Assembly: GCA_030699125.1 (NCBI GenBank)
Contig: JAUYKM010000007.1
Location: 5,082 to 69,081, forward strand
DNA: 64,000 nt
DNA from: Candidatus Daviesbacteria bacterium
Lineage (GTDB): Bacteria > Patescibacteriota > Microgenomatia > Daviesbacterales > UBA10151
Reading direction: 5' to 3'
Under the pieces are notes generated by a model. It had not been told where the DNA came from and did no database searches. It saw only the letters and a list, made by a program, of their open reading frames with translations. Of the stretch, positions 61,101 through 64,000 are shown piece by piece (the stretch's first letter is position 1; every line of letters starts with the position of its first letter). A program made the position numbers and the translations under genes.

Positions 61101-64000
61101 AAGACACCAAGACCACTATTCCCCAAATCAGCCCCACCCACCTCAATAGGTGAGGAGGGATTGGATATATCATAAATCCTGAATTCGTTACCTGCTGTAT
61201 CATTATTTACCATATATGCATACCTGCCTGAGACAAAGACATCCCAACTACTAGCCCCCAAATCAGCTCCTCTCACAAAAGTGGGACTGGTTGGATTAGA
61301 CACATCATAGATTTTAAACTCACAGCCGGTATCATCAGTGGATGAACAAGTACCAGTATCTGCACTCTTGACCACATAAGCATACCTGCCTGAGATAAAG
61401 ACATTATTGTTAGCATCAGCCCCGCTATCAGAAGCCCCTCCCACAAAGGTAGGATTTTGGGGGGTTTGGAGTAGGGAGCCACCAAGGATATCTAAAGCAC
61501 TTCTGGGGGCTGTAGTTCCTACTCCTACATTTCCAGTACTGGTTACTACAAATGGTAGGGGATTAGTTAATTGGGTTCCAACATAGGTGGGGTTTATCTG
61601 GAATAGTTGGGATGGGGAAGTCCAACCTATTCCTATATTTCCATTTAAGAAAATGGCAGAGGTGGTGCCTGAGCCCCAAAGATGGAATGGTGCTATGGGA
61701 CTGCTGGTCCCCAAGCCTACATTACCTTCCACAATTAATCCATTAGCAGGAGCATTATAATAGGCAAAGGATGATCCTATACCCATAGATCCAAATACCC
61801 CAAGGGTGTTGGCTGAGGCAGAAGATCCAATTCCTAACCTCATTAATTCATTATTCCAGTAGAATGAGTTAGCTCCTGTAACCTGGGTACCGCCACCGTC
61901 CCAAAATGTGACCTGTCCTGAAGATCCTGAACCTGTTACTCCTGCTCCTCCGGCATCAGCCTGACAGACTATTCTGCCTGCGCTGTCAGCTGTCAGCTTA
62001 CCCCCACCGGTTAATCCTGAACAATCATAACTTTGCAGCTGCAAAGCTGATCCTACTGTTAATGATTGTCCTATACCTACATTACCTACTACATGCAGTC
62101 CATATGTTGGGGTGGTGGTGCCAATACCCACATTCCCAAAGACAGATAACCCTAGTCCAGGCATACTAGCAAAAGTATATCCTGTCCAACCAATTCCTAC
62201 ATTACCTCCTACAAACAAAGTAGATCCAGGAGTAGAAGCACCTATCCCTAAATTAATACCTACATTCCCCCCATTAAATATAGCAGCAGGAGCAGTATAA
62301 CCTGTACCTACTCCTAACATTTCTACATATAAACCTACAGTTCCTGAAGATACTCCTATCCCTACCATTCCTTGAGACATTAATCCTCCCGGCCCTATTC
62401 CCAACCCTCCACCTACTGTGAGCTGGTTTGATATTATTGCTGACTCTCTTACTTGTAACCCCCCAGCTTCTAAACTCCCAATAATAGCAGAAGTAACATC
62501 TATCCCACCAATATCATAAATCTGAAACTCACAACCTACATTAATTCTTGATGAACATGTATCACTGTTGGAAACTTTTCCTAAATATATATATCTTCCA
62601 GAGACAAATATCTCATCAGTATTACCCCCTGCATCATTACCACCATTATCAGCCCCACCAGCATATAATGGATTATTAGGATTGGAAACATCATATACTT
62701 GTAATTCACATCCATCATTGCCTGCAGCACTGTTTAAGAAATTACAAGTTCCATTATCAGAATTCCTCCCTAAATATGTATATCTACCAGAGACAAAAAC
62801 AGAATTAATAGCACCATTACCAGCAGAAATAGTAGAAGCTTGTGCTGGAGAATATGGGTTAGAGATATCATAAATTCTTAATGTATCACCAGTATCTCCT
62901 AAATATGTATATCTACCAGAGACAAAAACAGAATTAATAGCAGAACCAACAGCAGTACTGCTCAATTGTAAAGGTGAAGTTGGATTAGAGACATCATATA
63001 TTCTAAAGTTGCCATTACCATCTCCTATATAAGCAAACTTACCTGCAATAAAGACAGAGGTAATACTGCCTCCTGAAGTGTCAGCTCCTCCTACAAATCT
63101 GGTACTAGTTGGGTTTGAAATATCATATATTTGTAACTCACAACCAGTATTGGTAGTAGAACTACAAGTACCAGATACACCAGTGACTCCAGCATAAGCA
63201 TATTTTCCCGAGACAAAAACGGAAATAACAGAATTATTAGACGTATCTGCCCCACCTACAAATAATGGAGAAGCTGGGTTTGAAATATCATATATTTGTA
63301 ACTCACAACCAGTATTAGTGGTAGATGAACAAACTCCAGATCCACCATTAACTCCCACATAAGCATACTTTCCTGATACAAAGACAGTATCGAAACCGCT
63401 GCCAGCAGAGAGAGTACCTATTTGGCTAGGTGAGGAAGGATTGGTAACATCATATATTCTAAATGTTCCACCATTATCTCCAGTATAGGCATACTTTCCA
63501 AATATAAAGACTGCTCTGGTACCATTATCCCCATCGCTAATTCCTCCTACAAAAATAGGATTTTGGGGGGTCTGTAACAAACTACCTCCTAATATATCAA
63601 GAGCACTTCTAGGAGCAGTAGTTCCAACTCCTACATTTCCTGTACTGGTTACTACAAATGGTAAAGGATTAGTTAACTGAGTTCCTACATATGTCGGGTT
63701 AATCTGGAATAGCTGAGATGGTGAAGTCCAGCCTATACCTATATTGCCATTTAGAAATACTGCACCCGGAGTTTCATTAGAAGCAAAGCCTGCTCCCCAA
63801 AGATGGAATGGGGCAATGGGGGAGGAAGTCCCCAACCCCACATTTCCCTCCACAATCAGTCCATTCTCAGGAGCATTATAATAGGCAAAAGAAGCACCAA
63901 TACCAACAGCTCCAAAGACCCCTAATCTGTTAGCCGAGGCAGAAGAACCTATACCCAACCTCATTAATTCATTGTTCCAGAAGAGAGTATTAGCTCCGGT
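55127..64000 (-). CDS. giant modular surface protein paralog (more than 2,945 aa; 5' end beyond window), same module architecture and C-terminal domains
   Basis: ORF open to the window edge; begins mid-repeat (…MRLGIGSSASANRLGVFG is internal); 60-90% identity to gene 1 with tracts of at least 53 bp identical. Confidence 0.85.
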   Translation of the reverse strand, partial: TGANTLFWNNELMRLGIGSSASANRLGVFGAVGIGASFAYYNAPENGLIVEGNVGLGTSSPIAPFHLWGAGFASNETPGAVFLNGNIGIGWTSPSQLFQINPTYVGTQLTNPLPFVVTSTGNVGVGTTAPRSALDILGGSLLQTPQNPIFVGGISDGDNGTRAVFIFGKYAYTGDNGGTFRIYDVTNPSSPSQIGTLSAGSGFDTVFVSGKYAYVGVNGGSGVCSSTTNTGCELQIYDISNPASPLFVGGADTSNNSVISVFVSGKYAYAGVTGVSGTCSSTTNTGCELQIYDISNPTSTRFVGGADTSGGSITSVFIAGKFAYIGDGNGNFRIYDVSNPTSPLQLSSTAVGSAINSVFVSGRYTYLGDTGDTLRIYDISNPYSPAQASTISAGNGAINSVFVSGRYTYLGRNSDNGTCNFLNSAAGNDGCELQVYDVSNPNNPLYAGGADNGGNDAGGNTDEIFVSGRYIYLGKVSNSDTCSSRINVGCEFQIYDIGGIDVTSAIIGSLEAGGLQVRESAIISNQLTVGGGLGIGPGGLMSQGMVGIGVSSGTVGLYVEMLGVGTGYTAPAAIFNGGNVGINLGIGASTPGSTLFVGGNVGIGWTGYTFASMPGLGLSVFGNVGIGTTTPTYGLHVVGNVGIGQSLTVGSALQLQSYDCSGLTGGGKLTADSAGRIVCQADAGGAGVTGSGSSGQVTFWDGGGTQVTGANSFYWNNELMRLGIGSSASANTLGVFGSMGIGSSFAYYNAPANGLIVEGNVGLGTSSPIAPFHLWGSGTTSAIFLNGNIGIGWTSPSQLFQINPTYVGTQLTNPLPFVVTSTGNVGVGTTAPRSALDILGGSLLQTPQNPTFVGGASDSGADANNNVFISGRYAYVVKSADTGTCSSTDDTGCEFKIYDVSNPTSPTFVRGADLGASSWDVFVSGRYAYMVNNDTAGNEFRIYDISNPSSPIEVGGADLGNSGLGVFVSGRYAYVVHGSVTGNEFRIYDISNPSSPIEVGGADLGNGGWGVFVSGRYAYVVTGTVTGNEFRIYDISNPSSPIEVGGVELGNFSRDVFVSGRYAYVVLDNDAGNEFRIYDISNPSSPTLVGGVELGTNGWGVFVSGRYAYVVTGTVTGNEFRIYDISNPSSPALVGGADLGDDGNEVFVSGRYAYMVKAANAGTCNAGTNVGCEFQIYDIGGIDVTSALIGSLESGSLQVRESAIISNQLTVGGGLGVGPGGLLSQGMVGIGVSSGTTGLYVEMLGVGTGYTAPAAIFNGGNVGINLGIGASTPGATLVVGGNVGIGWTGFTFASMPGLGLSVFGNVGIGTTTANYALDVVGNVGIGQSLTVGSALQLQNYNCSGLGGGGKLTTDSSGRVVCAADAGGGGVTGSGSSGQVTFFDGASSVTGANTLFWNNALMRLGVGSSASANRLGVFGSMGIGSSFAYYNAPTNGLIVEGNVGLGTSSPIASFHLSGSAIFQNGNIGIGWTSPSQLFQINPTYVGTQLTNPLPFTVTSQGNVGVGTTAPRSALDILGGSLLQTPQNPTFVGGLNTGNGMNSVFASGKYVYAGDGATLKIFDVTNPNSPVQISSISTTSTAQSVFISGKFAYVGTNSNAGTCSSTTSTGCELQIYDVSNPANPIFVGGADNGGNSTSVFVSGRYAYTVENGGVLRIYDISNPSRPLYIGGSSMNALTVNSIFVSGRYAYIARCFSGLPELCDDGEMGIYDISNPTNPILIGKTIIGYTSDTNSIFVSGRYAYVGDSGGTLRIIDVSNPYSPTQSSTITTGDAIQSVFVSGKYLYLGKVANAGVCNFFTSTGCEIQVYDISNPNNPLYVGGADNGGNNVGADKAIFVSGRYLYSGKAANSNTCNAINSEGCEFQIYDIGGIDVTSALIGSLEAGGLQVRENAFINNQLTVGGGLGIGPGGLYSQGMVGIGVSSGTVGLRVEMLGVGTGYTAPAAIFNGGNVGINLGIGASTPGSTLFVGGNVGIGWTANTFASMPGLGLSVFGNVGIGTTSPAYGLHVVGNVGIGQSLTVGSALQLSSYNCGVLTNGGKLTTDSSGRVVCQADAGGAGGITGTGTATQVAVWDGASSITGYSTFQYDSTNLVLEIGDTGTTPDSLDVDGEFTIGSTGTVASAGRIWTRSNGTTFRFNSDATTADYSEYIKQEDASEPGDVMILTPGTPGVGTDSPGVVRRSNSSYDENIIGVITTRGTSYNNPDDNRQSDPTYANVGMLGQVWVKVNLENGPIYTGDPLTSSSTQGEAMKATKTGRIIGRAMENYTSEVDPDSFEVSSTGAPPGQILIQVNVTWWEAEQFIERLDSGLLYLDGNLAIGGSPPGTEVSLAVEGSILATSNILSLGNVGIGTTNPLYGLDIIKDASSSASASIINLSQADNPDTSALKLGLGTPISGTSSNFIDFYAAVATPGAGPDSPGVRVGRIRLNDNKVAYESVGADFAEYFDALEETEDGDLVSLTMSHSGVAKSSIPYDQNLIGVVSHDAAFVGNADYTPGVGPLVPSEVEGDSPGVNKAIVGLLGQIKTKVSTINGDIKRGDYLTSSEIPGVAAKATRPGQVIGQALEDFSANTPGVGPLVPSEVEGDSPGVKQGLISVHVKSGFADPGNFFSSLTMDNEGNLIIPKLKVASLTIDSRGIEDSNLKIEDSRLITDSSSPSSTLDPQNTTIYSPSSTVQYYDLSGKIASLEERIAQLENTLDQNVIPADAGIQLTNSDNSNSDSLLDPLLQEDDNTATSSAALAQVNESSSSSILAQLDQLDLSPPDILLASGSATLTADLTVTSSAQILGSLTAYDAIIQNSLKSFGQTTLGDTLIAGNLTIDGTLSFSENTIDALSTLYLQKSLLSSSVDIFNGKITLEKDGTIKAKTIIVDQIKVNPDTSRGEGTILKGQINTLIENSYAAEDSIILITPVTADIALTQSLAVIDKKEGKFTVQLARPETFDITFDYLIVGIDKSTIQASGP
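55887..55911. repeat. family D hairpin GGATTCCTGC-atcc-GCAGGAATGAC in-frame inside giant gene 2 (encodes NVIPADAGI)
   Basis: Identical stem to the intergenic copies but inside the CDS; the paralog lacks it at the equivalent position. Confidence 0.75.
56246..56303. repeat. family A palindromic element, long form with 24-bp nested insert in the loop (encodes TPGVGPLVPSEVEGDSPGV)
   Basis: CACCCCGGGGGAGTC-tccctcgacttcgctcgggacaagcggg-CCCACCCCCGGGGTG. Confidence 0.85.
56474..56531. repeat. family A palindromic element, long form (second copy, identical loop insert)
   Basis: CACACCGGGGGAGTCTCCCTCGACTTCGCTCGGGACAAGCGGGCCCACCCCCGGTGTG. Confidence 0.85.
56750..56783. repeat. family A palindromic element (encodes TPGAGPDSPGV)
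   Basis: CACCCCGGGGGAGTCAGGGCCCGCCCCCGGGGTG. Confidence 0.85.
57179..57212. repeat. family A palindromic element, decayed (CACCTCGAAGGAGTCAGGGTCCACTTCCGAGGTG; encodes TSEVDPDSFEV)
   Basis: Same length and loop as family A with compensatory arm changes (CCTCGAAGG / CTTCCGAGG still pair). Confidence 0.6.
57476..57509. repeat. family A palindromic element (encodes TPGVGTDSPGV)
   Basis: CACCCCGGGGGAGTCAGTGCCCACCCCCGGTGTG. Confidence 0.85.

Noticed and set aside
45400-62873. About 20 plus-strand ORFs of 60-160 aa inside the giant genes, rich in P/T/I/V (for example 48667..48981, 50758..51120, 58008..58319, 60066..60329)
   Set aside because: They are the antisense reading of the Gly-rich GNVGIG repeats (GGN antisense gives NCC, i.e. 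Pro/Thr). They are periodic only because the sense-strand modules are, and have no independent signals.
43716-64000. Possible CRISPR array, suggested by the highly regular repeats of about 2.1 kb and short palindromes
   Set aside because: Repeat units are kilobase-scale protein modules within a continuous ORF. The short palindromes are irregularly spaced and in-frame. There are no cas genes and no repeat-spacer periodicity.

Overview
The window is AT-rich (about 38% GC), densely coding, and uses the standard genetic code (TGA is a stop). Its content looks like a Patescibacteria/CPR-type bacterial genome; this is inference from gene content, not a database hit.

Main contents, in order:
- tRNA-Ile(GAU), then an 8.5-kb insert-like block before the rest of a split rRNA operon. 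The block holds pgk-gap, two near-identical Phd/RelE toxin-antitoxin cassettes and a membrane cohesin/dockerin gene pair.
- tRNA-Ala(UGC), a 23S rRNA interrupted by three group I introns (one encoding a LAGLIDADG homing endonuclease), then 5S, an S1-domain protein and radA.
- A cell-envelope glycan cluster: GT-C, GT2 and GT4 glycosyltransferases, methyltransferases, an epimerase and a FemAB-like gene. A VapBC cassette is inserted into it.
- A PIN-TRAM protein, orphan ORFs, an LPXTG-anchored Cys-rich protein, an FN3-like secreted protein, rho, a type IV pilin, a LysM/M23 peptidase, a beta-lactamase-like gene, two tRNA-Ala genes and an O-antigen-ligase/TPR protein.
- Two tandem giant modular surface-protein genes (3,804 aa, and more than 2,945 aa running off the window). 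Each is built from about 2.1-kb modules of Gly-rich tail-fibre-like repeats plus LVIVD beta-propeller blades.

The most unusual findings:
- Several families of short perfect palindromes sit in-frame inside protein-coding genes, much like Rickettsia palindromic elements. A 34-bp CACACCGGGGG...CCCCCGGTGTG element recurs 11 times in the giant genes and shows presence/absence differences between the two paralogs.
- Giant gene 1 starts with a complete mini-intein/Hint domain.
- Three separate insertion events carry toxin-antitoxin cargo and show target-duplication scars.

I saw no CRISPR array, integrase or transposase in the window.
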